The notes under the pieces are model-generated. The model did not search any database, was not told the origin of the DNA, and saw only the letters and a list, made by a program, of their open reading frames with translations. From NCBI RefSeq assembly GCF_009914755.1, contig NC_060929.1: a DNA stretch of 64,000 nt; one strand, written 5' to 3'. The position numbers were made by a program, and so were the translations under genes. This document shows, one piece after another, positions 27,289 through 40,990 of the stretch; position 1 is the first letter of the stretch; each line of letters opens with the position of its first letter. This DNA is from the human T2T-CHM13v2.0 reference genome, Homo sapiens.

Positions 27289-30200
27289 TGTATTAGTTTG
27301 TTCAGGCTGCCATAAACAAAATACCACAGATTGGGAGGCTTAAACAACAGAAATTTACTTTCTCACAGTTTTGGAGGCTGGAAATCCAAGAGCAAGGTGT
27401 CAATGTGTTTGGTTTCTTCTGAGGCCTCTGTCCTCGGCTTTGCAGATGGCCCTTTCACTATGTCCTTCTGTCTTCCCTCTATGAGCGTTCAGCCCTGGGA
27501 GCTCTCTGTGCCCTGATCACCTTTTCTTATAAGGACAGTAGCCACACCTAATCACCTCATTTTAACTTAACCATCTCTTTAAAGGCCCTGTCTTCAAATA
27601 CAGTCTCATTTTGAGGTATTAGGGGTTAGGACTTCAACATATAAATTTGGGGAGGGGAACACAGTTCTGACCATAACACTCTGCCCTCTGCACCCCCAAA
27701 ATTCATGTCCTCCTCACAGCAAAATACATTCACCTGCATTCAACAACCTAAGCCTTAACCCATTCTAGCATCAATTCTAAGTCCCAAATCTCATCTAAAT
27801 ATCATCTACATCAAAGTGAGAGAGACTCAAGTATATGATTCATCTTGAGGCAAAAATTCTTCTCCAGCTGTGAACCCGTGAAACCAGACAAGTTATTTGC
27901 TTCCAAAATACAATGATGGGGACAGGCTTAGGATAGACATTTCCATTCCAAAAGGGAAAACTTGGAAGGAAGAAAAAAGGGTCATGGGTCCAAAGCAAGT
28001 CCAAAACCTAGCTGGGCAAATTATGTTCAATTTTAAGGCCTGAAAATAATTCTTTTTACATGATGATCTGTCCTCCAGGCCCATTGGGCTGGCAGAATTT
28101 TTTTTTTTTTTTTTTCAGTATTTATTGATCATTCTTGGGTGTTTCTCGGAGTGGGGGATTTGGCAGGGTCATAGGACAATAGTGGAGGGAAGGTCAGCAG
28201 ATAAACATGTGAACAAGGGTCTCTGGTTTTCCTAGGCAGAGGACCCTGCTGCCTTCCGCAGTGTTTGTGTCCCTGGGTACTTGAGATTAGGGAGTGGTGA
28301 TGACTCTTAAGGAGCATGCTGCCTTCAAGCATCTGTTTAACAAAGCACATCTTGCACCGCCCTTAATCCGTTTAACTCTGAGTGGACACAGCACATGTTT
28401 CAGAGAGCACGGGGTTGGGGGTAGGGTCACCGATCAACAGGATCACAAGGCAGAAGAATTTTTCTTAGTACAGAACAAAATGGAGTCTCCCATGTCTACT
28501 TCTTTCTACACAGACACAGTAACAATCTGATCTCTCTTTCTTTTCCCCACATTTCCCCCTTTTCTATTTGACAAAACCGCCATCGTCATCATGGCCCGTT
28601 CTCAATGAGCTGTTGGGTACACCTCCTAGACGGGGTGGCGGCCGGGCAGAGGGGCTCCTCACTTCCCACACGGGGCGGCCAGGCAGAGGCGCCCCTCACC
28701 TCCCTCCCGGATGGGGCGACTGGCCGGGCGGGGGCTGCCCCCCACCTCCCTCCCGGACGGGGGTGGCTGGCCGGGCAGAGAGGCTCCTCACTTCCCGGAC
28801 GGGGTGGCTGCCGGGCGGAGGGGCTCCTCACTTCCCAGACGGGGCGGCTGCGGGGCGGAGGGGCTCCTCACTTCTCAGATGGGGCGGCCGGGCAGAGACG
28901 CTCCTCACCTCCCAGACGGGGTGGCGGTCGGGCAGAGACGCTCCTCACCTCCCAGACGGGGTCGGGGCCGGGCAGAGGCAATCCTCACATCCCTCACATC
29001 CCAGACGGGGCGGCGGGGCAGAGGCGCTCCCCACATCTCAGATGATGGGCGGCCGGGCAGAGATGCTCCTCACTTCCTAGATGGGATGGCAGCTGGGAAG
29101 AGGCACTCCTCACTTCCCAGACTGGGCGGCCGGGCAGAGGGGCTCCTCACATCCCAGATGATGGGCGGCCAGGCAGAGACACTCCTCACTTCCCAGACAG
29201 GGTGGCGGCCGGGCAGAGGCTGCAATCTCGGCACTTTGGGAGGCCAAGGCAGGCGGCTGGGAGGTGGAGGTTGTAGCGAGCCGAGATCACGTCACTGCAC
29301 TCCAGCCTGGGCAACATTGAGCACTGAGTGAGCGAGACTCCGTCTGCAATCCCGGCACCTCGGGAGGCCGAGGCAGGCAGATCACTCGCGGTCCAGAGCT
29401 GGAGACCAGCCCAGCCAACACGGCGAAACCCCGTCTCCACCAAAAAATGCAAAAACCAGTCAGGCGTGGCTGCGCGTGCCTGCAATCCCAGGCACTCTGC
29501 AGGCTGAGGCAGGAGAATCAGGCAGGGAGGTTGCAGTGAGCCGAGATGGCGGCAGTACAGTCCAGCCTCCGCTGGGCATCAGAGGGAGACCTTGCAAAGA
29601 GGGAGACGGGAGAGGGAGACGGAGAGGGGGAGGGGGAGGGGAGGGGGAGGGGAGGGGGAGGGAGAGGACTGGCAGAATTTCTTCAAGGCCCCAGGTGGCA
29701 GCCTTGCTTTTGAGGCCTTGGACAATGACAGCCTCACCCTCTCACACTGAGACAGAGAGAGCCTCACCCTTTGAAATGGAAGAGAGCCTTCCTCGCCCCT
29801 GGGCCTGAACACTTTCGTTGTGGGGTGAGAGTAGTAGCTTTAGGGACCATTCTTCCTTTTTCTTGAAGGATAATACATGCTCACACCCAGAGCCAGATAG
29901 ATCTATTGTCCCATCCTGTAGCATCTCAGAAGCCTGCTGCTGTTGTGTCCTGTCTCTGTCCCCTTTAGTCCAAGTCAGCAGTGTTTCTGCTACTGGTAGA
30001 ACCCCGTCTCTATTCCTGGCTTCTGTTGAGATGGCCAATTAGATCTGTGAGTCCCACTGTCACTCTTTAGGGAGTGATTGTCCAGTCACACTGTTGGTGC
30101 CCTCTCCAGAACACATTCTCATTTTTTTGCAATATGGATAAGCTGAGAATTTTCCAGATCTTTAAGTTCTGGTTTGTTTAGCCTAACAATTTTTTCTTTA

Positions 30201-30500
30201 ATTTCTCTCACTTCTCTTGCACTTTAATAGAAGCAGTAAGGAGAAAGGAAAGTGGCAAGGAAAGCACAACAGGCTTTCAACACTTGGCTTAGAAATCTCA
30301 GCAGAATATCCAAGGTTGTCACTTACAAGCTCTACCTTCCACAAAACACAAAAATGCAATTCAGCAATGTTCTTGGCCATTTTATAACAAGGATTGCCTT
30401 TTTTCAGTGTCTAATAACATGTTCCTCATTTCTGTCTAAAATCTCACTAGAATCACCTTTCATGTCCATATTTCTAGCAACAGTCTCTCTTAGCATCTGA
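27289..30500 (-). mobile_element. MLT1 MaLR LTR (about 27289-27678) plus internal sequence, split by the SVA
   Basis: tgtattagtttg..ggctgccata..aaataccacaga LTR motif; internal motifs 'ttccaaaatacaatgatggg..gacatttccattccaaaaggg' before the SVA and 'aggctttcaacacttggcttagaaatctc' after it. Confidence 0.7.
28101..29668 (-). mobile_element. Full-length SVA retrotransposon, older subfamily (A/B-like), antisense to IQGAP2
   Basis: On + strand: poly(T), SINE-R (about 28116-28620), GC-rich VNTR (about 28620-29215), Alu-like region, then GGGAGA/GGGGA hexamer head; TSD CTGGCAGAATTT at 28089-28100 and 29669-29680. Confidence 0.95.
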
Positions 30501-31759
30501 GACAACGTTCTGTGGAACACAGTTTGGGGAAGCTTGCCAAACTCAACAGATTATACTATATCATCTCCCCCTGAAAGAGAAGAGTGAGACATAAGTCCTC
30601 TGCAGTCTGTTCCACTCCTACTAGATCTTGAAGTCATATGTTGATTCTTTTCATGGTATTGTGTGCCTGTGTTTTAAGGAAAATAATTAGCATTCTTAAA
30701 GCAAAGCAAAAATTTTACTAAAGAAAATAATTAGCCTTTCATGTCACTTTCTTAGAGTGAACCAAATAAGTTTTGTATGAGAGAAAGATAGGGGCCCGTA
30801 GATGCCCACTTTAGTTTTGCAGGGTGGGTTCCTACAGCCACGTTCCCCTGGGCTAATAAGGCTAATGGAATCATGGTGGCAGTTTTGCATTGGCCTCCAG
30901 CTAATGAAAAGTTTTGCCATGAGAACTTAACTTAGTCCTTCTGATGCTTTTACTGCCTGTTGACACAGAAGGTGGAAAATGACCAACTATGCTATACATA
31001 AAAACAAAGTCCAGATATTCTTATATTCTTTTAGAATATGTCTTATGTGCTGATTTTTAAAATATTAAGGGAAAAATTGACTTGTGATACTTGAAAGTTC
31101 ATAGAACAGGGCACTGCATTAAAACAGGGCTTATGCAAATAAAACACATTTTTCTGTTCTTGGCCAGCAGTTCTACCGTCAGGATACTTATTCCATACAG
31201 CACTGTATGATACAGACCAAGATTTATAGTTGGTGATTTCCTGAGTAACAACTCAGATAGCAAATGCCTCCACAAAACAACTTTCGTATGTTCTGCAAGG
31301 CACAAAGTAGTACAATAGAAAGGATTGTTTGCTTCAGGATTTTTGTGGGGTGGTTTCTTTTTCTTTTTCTTTTTTCTCCCACAAGACAGAATTTTTCTTC
31401 TTGCCCTAAAATTTGAAAGATTTCTCCTTTCTCTCCCCTTCTGCCACAAGTAGTCCCACCCTAAAAAGGAAGATGAGGTTCTCTAGCAACCCATAAGATG
31501 CTCATAAGAAATAGCTTAAACTTTTGCTTTGAAACAAGACATTCACATATTGGGGTTGTGGGCCAATAAACTAGTCAATAGAAAGAATGGGGAAGAAGCA
31601 GTGAATGCAAGGACAGTGTTGGTGGGGAAGGGGGAATATTCTGGTTTTCGTTTCTGTGGATTTTTAGGCCAAATTTGAACACAGGCTCTTGATGACACAT
31701 GAAGTATCTCTAACTTGATTTTATGTATGCACACTTTATGTACTATCTGTACATAAGTC

Positions 31760-33072
31760 ATAGACATATAGATTGGACTAGAATTTAGAGTTCAGAAATG
31801 AACACTCACTTGTACAGTCAGTTAATTTTCAATAAAGGTGCCAAGACAGTTCAACAAAGGTAGTCTTTTCAACTGGTGGTGCTGGGACAACTGGGTAGCC
31901 ACATGCAAAAGAATGAAGTTAGACTCTCACCTCACATCATATACAGAAAGTAGTTCAAAATGGATCAAAGACCTAAACTATGAGATAAAAGAGAAGAAAA
32001 CATAGGTATAAATATATAACATATAAAATACCAAAAATATAAACAACAAAAGAAGAAATAGATAAATGAGACTTCATCAAGATAAAAACATTTTTGCTTC
32101 AGATAACACCATTAAGAAAGTGAAAAGACGGCTCACAGAATGGAGGAAACACTTTCAAATCATATACCAAATAAGAATCTTGTATACTGAATATGTAAGG
32201 AACTCTTATAACTCAAAAGTAAAAAGACAAATAATTCAACTAAAACATGAGCAATAGATTTGAAAGACATTTCTCCAAAAGTATATAAATGGGCTATATG
32301 CATATAAAAAGAAGCTGAATATCATTAGCCATCAGGGAAATGAAAATCAAAACCATAATGAGATGCCACTTTGCATCCACTAGGATGGCTGTAATCAAAA
32401 AGACAGAAGAATATTGGTAAGGATGTGAAGAAATTGAAATCCTCATACACTGCTGGTGAGAATGGGAAGTGGTACAGCTGTTTTGGAAAACAGTCTGGAA
32501 GTCCTAAAAAGATGAAACATAGAGTTACCATATGACCCAGCAATTCTACTCTTGGGTATATACCCAAGGGAAATGAGAACATACATCAGTGCAAAAACTA
32601 GTTCACAAGTGTTTACAGCAGTATCATTCACAATAGTCAAAAAGTTATGGGGGAAAATAACATGTCCAAAAACTGATGAATAAATAAATAAATGTGATAT
32701 ATCCATACAATGAAACATTATTCAAGAAAAAGATATGAAGTCCAGATACATCTTACAACATAGATGAACCTTGAAAACATGCTAAGTGAAAGGTCACAAA
32801 AGGCCACATATTGTATGAGTCTATTTATATTTACATGAAATGTTCAGAATAGGCAAATCTAAAGACAGTAGATTAGTGTGTTAGGGGCTTGGGGGTAAAT
32901 GGAGAATGACTGTTTATGGATATAAGGTTTCTTTTTCGGTGTAAGGAAGATGTTCTAAAATTGATAATGATGATGGTCTTTCAACCCTGTGAATATACTA
33001 CAAACCATTGCATTATACGTGTTAAGTGTTGAGTGTATGATGTGTGGATTATATCTCAATAAAGATGTTAAA
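31760..33072 (+). mobile_element. L1MB-type 3' portion (degenerate ORF2 end and 3' UTR)
   Basis: ggtgctgggacaactgg..cacatgcaaaagaatgaag; gagttaccatatgacccagcaattctactc; ends tatatctcaataaag. Confidence 0.85.
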
Positions 33073-33717
33073 CCACACACAGTCATATTACATAATTACA
33101 CAGTCATATTGAATTCCGTTATAATTTCAGATTTATGGACTAACACTGAATACTCAGAGTATTAAGCGACCTGTTCCAGTGCATATAGCTGGTGATCACA
33201 GAGCCAGACTTCCTGAACATCAGGCCAACTGTCTCTCCATTGTGATTGTTACAGGAAGTTTGACCCCAACATACCATACAAGTCACACTTAAAATTTGTA
33301 TTGGTGTGGCCAGGTACCACTCACTTGTTCATGTAACAGATCAGCAAGCCCCTGAAACCGAGGCTGGCAATAGCAGTTTAATTCCTGCTCCTGTAAGGTT
33401 CAGTAGTGTAGGCTGGGGGTGAGGAGACACAACAGCTGCTGCTGCTTTTCTTTTTTTTAACCAACAAGAATGACCTTGAAAACATGGGGTTCTTTACCAC
33501 ACAATTATTCAGGGACCCTGTCTGATGGAAGTTCTTCTACCTTCTCCAGCCAGCAGATGGGGAGGAGAGAGAGGAGGTTTATCCATGGGAGGTTTTCCTG
33601 AGCCACACTTAGGGGTGGTGCACCTCTCACACTCATTTCCCCACACCTTCTGTGGTTACAACCCAGTCACTTGGCACCTTACAGATGCTGTGGGGCTACG
33701 AATGCAGACTCTGGTAT

Positions 33718-34290
33718 TGAAGGAGCTACATTGTCTGGGGTATATACCCTGGGGTTTGTTGTCGCCTGCCAGGAAAATTTAGGACACATACACAAGGAGT
33801 TTAGGAGCAGAAGGTTAATAGGTAGAAGAGAAGAGAGAGAAACAGCTTCCTCTGTAAAGGAGGGGGTCTCCCAGCAGAAAGGACCTGCTGGTGGTGAATG
33901 CCTCGAGTGTTATAGTAGGGTTTCAAGAGGCAGTGTCTGATTTACCTAGAGCTCATAGATTGGTTCAATCAGGTATGACATTTACATAGTGCGGGGAAGG
34001 CTGGTTTCCCCACCCTAATCTTCTTATGCAAATGGGCTGTCCAGTTAGGGCCATCTTGTCTGCTCCTTTACAGTACAGGTGGCTGGCAGAGAAGGGAAGA
34101 TGGAGCCGCCATCTTGAACATGTCTACTCCTTAGTTCCCGCTGGCATTCACCTGTGCAAGCTCCCAGCTTGCTGGCTGCTCTTTGATAGAAAATGATTTG
34201 GGGCTGCTTTTCATTAAAAAGAAGAACCTTACCAAGGACTCCCATACCCTTGCTATCTGCCTGCGTGATTTCTTCTTAACTCCTATATCC
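33718..34290 (-). mobile_element. ERV1 solo LTR (LTR9/MER61 group)
   Basis: Reverse complement starts (G)GATATAGGAGTTAAGAAGAAATCAC..GCAGATAG..AGGGTATGGGAGTCC and ends ACCCCAGACAATGTAGCTCCTTCA; 4-bp TSD-like GTAT/CTAT. Confidence 0.7.
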
Positions 34291-35527
34291 CTATCTGGGC
34301 TTGAAGTTTTCTCCTTATACTTAAAAAATCAATCCAAAGGCTAGTCAGCCCGCATGATGACTGGGCACAAGTTTAGAAGTTTCATATCATGGCTCCTGCT
34401 TCATTGTGAGGGATTTTAATACCTTTAGAGCAATGTTAAGTACCCAGTCTGACTGGTTATTCTGTCAGCAGAGTCTGTCACCTGTCCTAGAAGAATAGTC
34501 TTGTTTGTTGCTCCTAGACTGGCTGATGATTGATAGGAGTTTCCAAGTTGTATCTTATTGGAAGGACCTTTGAGAGCTCTAGGCCTGTGGGCCTTCCTGA
34601 GGAGGTGACTGCATTTGAATAGGCTCTAAGTTTCCTATATCTTGCCTCTGCCCTGCTACAGCACTACAAGGGGAAACCTGGACCATTTACCCTGCCTGTT
34701 GCAAGGTAGGTGACAAAGAGGAAGTTCTGAGAGAACAAATGAAGCCCCAGGAATCTACTCAACCCTGACAGTGAATATACTATCTTCTGACCTCATACTG
34801 AAACAGTGACAACATCTATGTCTCCAAGCCGTGGAACTCTACCGCTACTCTGGAAGCAGCCCTGCAGTGTTTTGTTATCACTTTTGTTTTACACTAGGCT
34901 AGAGGATTCAGTTTGGTGAGTTGTGAGAAATTAAAAGTTGGAATTAGAGGAGCAGAGGCTGGCCCCTGTCAGCTTATTGAGCTGGGTAGCCTTAGCCTTT
35001 TCTGAGCTTTGGAAAACCTCAGATATCATGTCAGAAAATCAACAGAATCTGAGAAAAACACCGGAAAATCATCAGCAAATGGTGATTCTGATAGCATCTC
35101 TTCCTTATGGGGTCATCATGAGAAGATTCCATGATAATCCCCATAAAGTATCAAGTCCAGATTTTGGCAAAAGATCATGCTCAATAAACACTAGTTGTCA
35201 TTGATAATAATAGCATCATCTTTTGACTTTCAAGGCAGAGAAAAAGAGGTATCTCCATTGATGCCTAATGTTAAAAAAAGTAACATTTTGTAAATCTTTG
35301 GCAATATCTTAAAATATTTTATGATGTAACTGTGATGCTTGGAAAACTTTCTTTTTAGCAGTCAGAATCTTTCATAACCATATGTTAAGTACTTGCTTTG
35401 TGTAAACAGGTTGCCAGGCACAAAGGGATTATAAAGAGAAAGAAGAAATGGCCTTTGCCTTTGAGCAGTTCATAATGTCATAAGAATTAGCCATGGCTAT
35501 ATTTTAAATAGGTTGTAGCTAACCTAA

Positions 35528-35922
<395 letters not shown>

Positions 35923-36370
35923 TAAAAACAAGCCCAACTCTAAAATATCATACTTCGGGGAGCTTTTATTTTTGCCTCCTGCCCCTTGCTCCCAATTGTC
36001 AACTTATCTCCCCCTACTCTTGCTACCAATTGTCAGTTTACCCCCAGCCCCTACCCCTCACACATATACCCCAATTTCCAGGTTGTTATAAAGCATTCAT
36101 ATATTTTTGTGTAAAAAATGATTTCTTGCATTTTTCCAAGATAATTATTTGAAAATGTAATTATTTGAAAACAGATTGTGTTTTAATGTGAAATCACCTA
36201 ATACCCTAATTAGTTTATTTAGCTTAGAAACTTGGTCTAGAGCAGTGGCTCTTAACTTGGCCATATTTTTTTTAAGGCGGCATTACTATTGATTTCTTCT
36301 TTACAAAATTTAGCAAGTCCATGGTATTCTTACTTCAGTTTATTTGACACAAGGCCCACATGAGATGTGA

Positions 36371-36951
<581 letters not shown>

Positions 36952-37407
36952 CTCTGTTTTTCAACTCCCTTTTCTGAGCTGTCACCAAGTCCTCTTACTG
37001 TTTCCTGGAACTGTCTTTCGGTTGTCTTCCTTCCCGTTTCTTCCTGGCTGATCCCGTCCCTCAACATCTCACAATGGGAAAGGCCTGACAGAGGAGTCGG
37101 TCTCTGAGGCGTCCATTATACCATATTAATTTTCTCTAATTACCACTGTCAGCACATTACTCCTCTTCGGTGAGGCTGCCAGGAGCTCCCTGCTTCTTGT
37201 GGCTACAAATGTCAACACCGTCCTCACATGCTAGACCTTCCAGAGCCTAGCTTCACGGGAAGGCCCAGCTTCATTGCTCTTTTCTCCCTGTGAGCCCCAG
37301 AGGCCCACTGTCTTCCCTGGGTTTTCTTCGTGAGTCAGCCATGTTTCTTTTATGCCTTTAGTTTCTGTTCTCCCCAGCTTCCGGTTCTCTCCCTGCCTTT
37401 CCAACTA

Positions 37408-38302
37408 CAGCAGGTCCTCCAATAATGTCGTTTCATTCGATGTCATTTCCTCATAATGTTGATGAAGAAAAAGAAGGGGCCACTGTGGAGTTCGTGTGGT
37501 CTCCCCAGGTCTGTGTGGGTTTTCTCTGGGGACTCGTTTTCTTCCACGTCCCAAAGATGTGCATGTTAGGTTAACTGATGTGGCTACATAGTCCCCACTG
37601 AGTGTGGTGGGGGTTTGAGTGTATCCTCCAATGGGAACGCATCTTGTCCAGGGTTGGTGCCCACCCCCCTACCTCTGAGCTGCTGGGATAGGTTCCGGCC
37701 ACCCAAGACCCTGACCTGGAATAAGAGGGTGAAGAATTTTCTTACTTTTTTTGTTTTTCCAGTCCCTTCATTATACTAAAAGTTTATGTTAATCTTTCTT
37801 AATTGTATGTATAGCTCACATTTATTTCAGTGTTTAACATAGAAGTGTTTTGGTCTTTATTTAGAAGTTTGTTGATGTTTTTGTGACCAGAAATATGCAA
37901 TAGGAACTTAATTATTTTTTAGAGACAGAGTCTTGCACTGTTGCCCAGGCTGTAATGCTGTGGCCTGACTACAGCTTACTGCAGCCTCAAACTCCAGGGC
38001 TCAAGCAATCCCCCTACCTCAACCCCCTGAGTAACTGGGACCACAGGTGCAAACCACCATGCCTGGCTCTTTTTTTTTTTTTTTTTTTAAGAGAGCCAGG
38101 GCCTCACTGTGCTGCCCAGCCTGGTTCAAACTCCTGGTCTCAAGCAATCCTCCCACCTCACCCTCCCAAAGTGCTGGAATTACAGGCATGAGCCATAGCG
38201 CCCAGTGTAACTTGTTTATAGAAATTAGCCTATGGTAAAATTGATTTTGTTATACATTATTTTGCTTAAATTCATAGTTCCCAAGTAGGTGAGGACTTAC
38301 TG
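37408..38302. mobile_element. MER6 (Tc1/mariner-Tigger non-autonomous) interrupted by AluJ at about 37911-38206
   Basis: TA|CAGCAGGTCCTC ... GAGGACTTACTG|TA terminal inverted repeats and TA TSD; internal 'ggtctgtgtgggttttctc..tcccaaagatgtgcatgttagg' block. Confidence 0.8.
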
Positions 38303-38546
38303 TACTCCATTCTTCAAGGCCAAGTCCAGGTTCTACCACCTTTTTAATGTTTTCCTTGATTGCTGCAGTGATAACCCAATTATTCCCCTTTACTCCCAAA
38401 CTTTTTCTGATTATATCCTACCATGTAGCATTGCACATCATAGCCTCTCATATGGTTCTCTGGCTTTTCCTTAGAATTGTGTTGCCTTCTTAATTATATT
38501 TAATGCTCTTTGAAGGCAAGGCTTATGTTTATATTTTTATCATATA

Positions 38547-39000
38547 TACTATTCCCCTCCCATCCGTTGGAAATATGTTCAAAGACCCTCAGTCGATGCC
38601 TGAGACTGAAGATAGCACCAAACCTTGAATAGACTGTTTTTGCATATAGATACATACCTATGCTCAGGTTTAATTTATAAACTAGGAATAGAAAGAGATT
38701 AACAACAGTAACTAATAATAAAACAGAACAATTATAACAATATACTATGATAAAAGTTCTGTGAATGTGGACTCTGCCTCTGTCTCAAAATATCTTATTG
38801 TACTGCACTTACCCTTCTTGTGATGAGGAAGGGATGGGAGTGGGATAGCATGAGATTTCATCACACTACTCAGAACGATATGCAATTAAAAACTCATGAA
38901 TTTTGTATTCCTGGAACTTTCCATTTAATATTTTCAGACTAGTTGACCTCAAGTAACTAAAACTGCAGAAAGTGAAACCTTGGATAAGGGGGGTCTACTG
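38547..39000. mobile_element. MER44/Tigger7-like MITE
   Basis: Ends ggataaggggggtctactg; start resembles CAGTAGTCCCCCCTTATCC..GTTCCAAGACCC..GATGCCTGA. Confidence 0.75.
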
Positions 39001-40146
39001 GATTCCAATTTTATAGTGCCTAATAAATGGTCAGTAATAACCACTTATTAGGGGCTTGTTGAACTTCTACAAGTTGTTGTTCAGAGCTACAAGCAGTTCA
39101 GACATATTACAGTGTTGGCAACTTGGGTTGGGATCAGTTGTTAATATTGGGGCACGGTGCTCTACTGTTTAAGTGTTGGCAGGATCAGTGGCTACTGTGT
39201 TAATGATCCTCTAGGGAGACTGTCTATATAGATATGGTGCTCACGCTAATAGTTGGATTTGTAGATCAGTAGCTGGGTGGCAGGGAGGCTGGGGGCTCCC
39301 TGCTGAGAACTGCACACCGGGTTCTTGAATCTTGCAGTAGGTAATAGTTACTTGAGAAAGGAGTATCCTCATGACTCTGGCAGATCCTCAGCACACCATT
39401 GTGACATGTGAACTGGCCTGTCTCCTCTCCCACTGTAAGTCCTTGAGCCAGTAATGACCTTGGTGTTCTCTTTTCTACAATACTGGCACAACATCTTAAG
39501 GTTTAATCTGATCTTTGTCTAAAATATTTTTTTCAGAACCCATTAAGTACGGTGTCTTCCCAAAAAAGATAAGTGTGTTGTCATAAGTTCCTGGTATTGG
39601 AAAAAGGAGTCTGTGTTATTTAAAGAAGCCTTGTCTGCTTCCTTAATTCCAATGCCCCTTTTCCATGCCTTCCTACCTTTCCTGGTAGTCATTCCTGGAC
39701 TGAGGTAACTGCAGATTTTATAGTACTTGGGACTATGCACTCCCTAAGGCACAGACCGTATAAGAATTGCCTCTGCCAAGGGCTCCTAAACTTGGAATTA
39801 TTTTTTCTTTAATGTCAGCAGGACTAATTCCACCTATACAAAATGGTTTGGCCTTTTCCTTCTTTGGCACAAAAGAGACTTGGCAGAGGCTCAGATAAAG
39901 GTGAAGTTGACGAGCTCTGGCATGGGAGTGAGCTCAGCGCTTCTGGGCTTTCATTCCCCCTGTTCGTCTCATGTTCAAAATCCCCATTCCACCCAGAAAG
40001 TCTTCCCTTCCCACCAGTGACACCGAAAGATGTTTCAGATCCTTCTTCCTTTGTCTCCAACACACACAGCGAAATGCTGCATGCCTTCATTTGCAGAAAG
40101 TTACCCAACTGGAATCACTTTAATATTTTTTTTTTAATCTCTTTAG

Positions 40147-40303
40147 GTGGATGGAAGTTTGCTTAGTTGAAGAATTGCCACCAACCACTGAATTGGAAGA
40201 AGGGCTCCGGAATGGAGTTTACCTTGCAAAGTTAGCCAAGTTCTTTGCCCCGAAAATGGTATCAGAGAAAAAGATCTATGATGTGGAACAAACACGTTAT
40301 AAG
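40147..40303 (+). CDS. IQGAP2: IQGAP2 coding exon (probably exon 3), start of calponin-homology domain
   Basis: Acceptor ttttaatctctttAG, donor AAG|gtaacc; 157 nt, phase 2 to 0. Translates (R)WMEVCLVEELPPTTELEEGLRNGVYLAKLAKFFAPKMVSEKKIYDVEQTRYK, recognised as the IQGAP2 N-terminal region. Confidence 0.96.
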
Positions 40304-40832
40304 GTAACCAAGATCTAATTGGTTTTGGCTTCCAGCTAAAAGTGAAAGTTTGGTATTTCATATCCTCTCCCTTCTTTTACTCTTAGTGTTTCTGTAAGGA
40401 TTTGGGGGGCTGGGGGATGTCTTTGGAGCCTGTTAATAGCATTCCTGAGGCAGCAGCAGTTTTAAAAAGCAAAGTGTTTCTATTTCTGGTCTGACACTAA
40501 GAGACCTCTGACTTATGGGGCTTCCCAATGCCTCCCCCAATTATTCCTTCAGGGAAGTCACTCTTGACTTTATTAGTGCCAGTAAAGGTAAAAGTGGGGG
40601 CATGCTACCACTCCTTTTTTCACTTGAACTTGTGGCCCTAAAGAGTTAGGGCCAATGTGATAAAACAAGTAGGAAGGTCGAATGATCAGCCAAGAATTCT
40701 TTTCCATTTCATGTTTAAAGCAAGATACGACTAACCACTTTGTGTACAACTAGTTTTAAGAATTGTTTCAGGGCTAATTTGGGAAGCATTAGAAAATAAA
40801 AAGCTATTGTAGCCCTTTTAGAAACATCACAA

Positions 40833-40990
40833 CAGCTGAGTGTGGTAGCTCTTGCCCATAATCCCAACACTTTTGGAGGCCAAGGTAGGAGGATTGCTTG
40901 AGCCCAGGAGTTCAAGGCTGCAGTGAGCTATGATCACACCACTGCCCTCCAGCCTGGGTGACAGAGTGAGACCCTGTCTCTAAGATAATA
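40833..40990 (+). mobile_element. Alu monomer (FRAM/FAM-like)
   Basis: Single arm ...gcagtgagctatgatcacaccactgccctccagcctgggtgacagagtgagaccctgtctc. Confidence 0.75.

Noticed and set aside
28620-29215. Regularly spaced repeats superficially like a CRISPR array
   Set aside because: SVA VNTR units: intervening sequence is also repeated, no unique spacers, eukaryotic intron.
28294-29812. Long overlapping ORFs (up to 206 aa) in the track
   Set aside because: They come from the GC-rich SVA VNTR and Alu-like region, which lacks stops; low-complexity products with no gene structure.
33077-33110. 13-bp direct repeat ACACAGTCATATT at the L1 end
   Set aside because: Small slippage duplication, too short to interpret.
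39843-40166. 107-aa ORF running into the first exon
   Set aside because: Intronic and in a different frame from the IQGAP2 exon.
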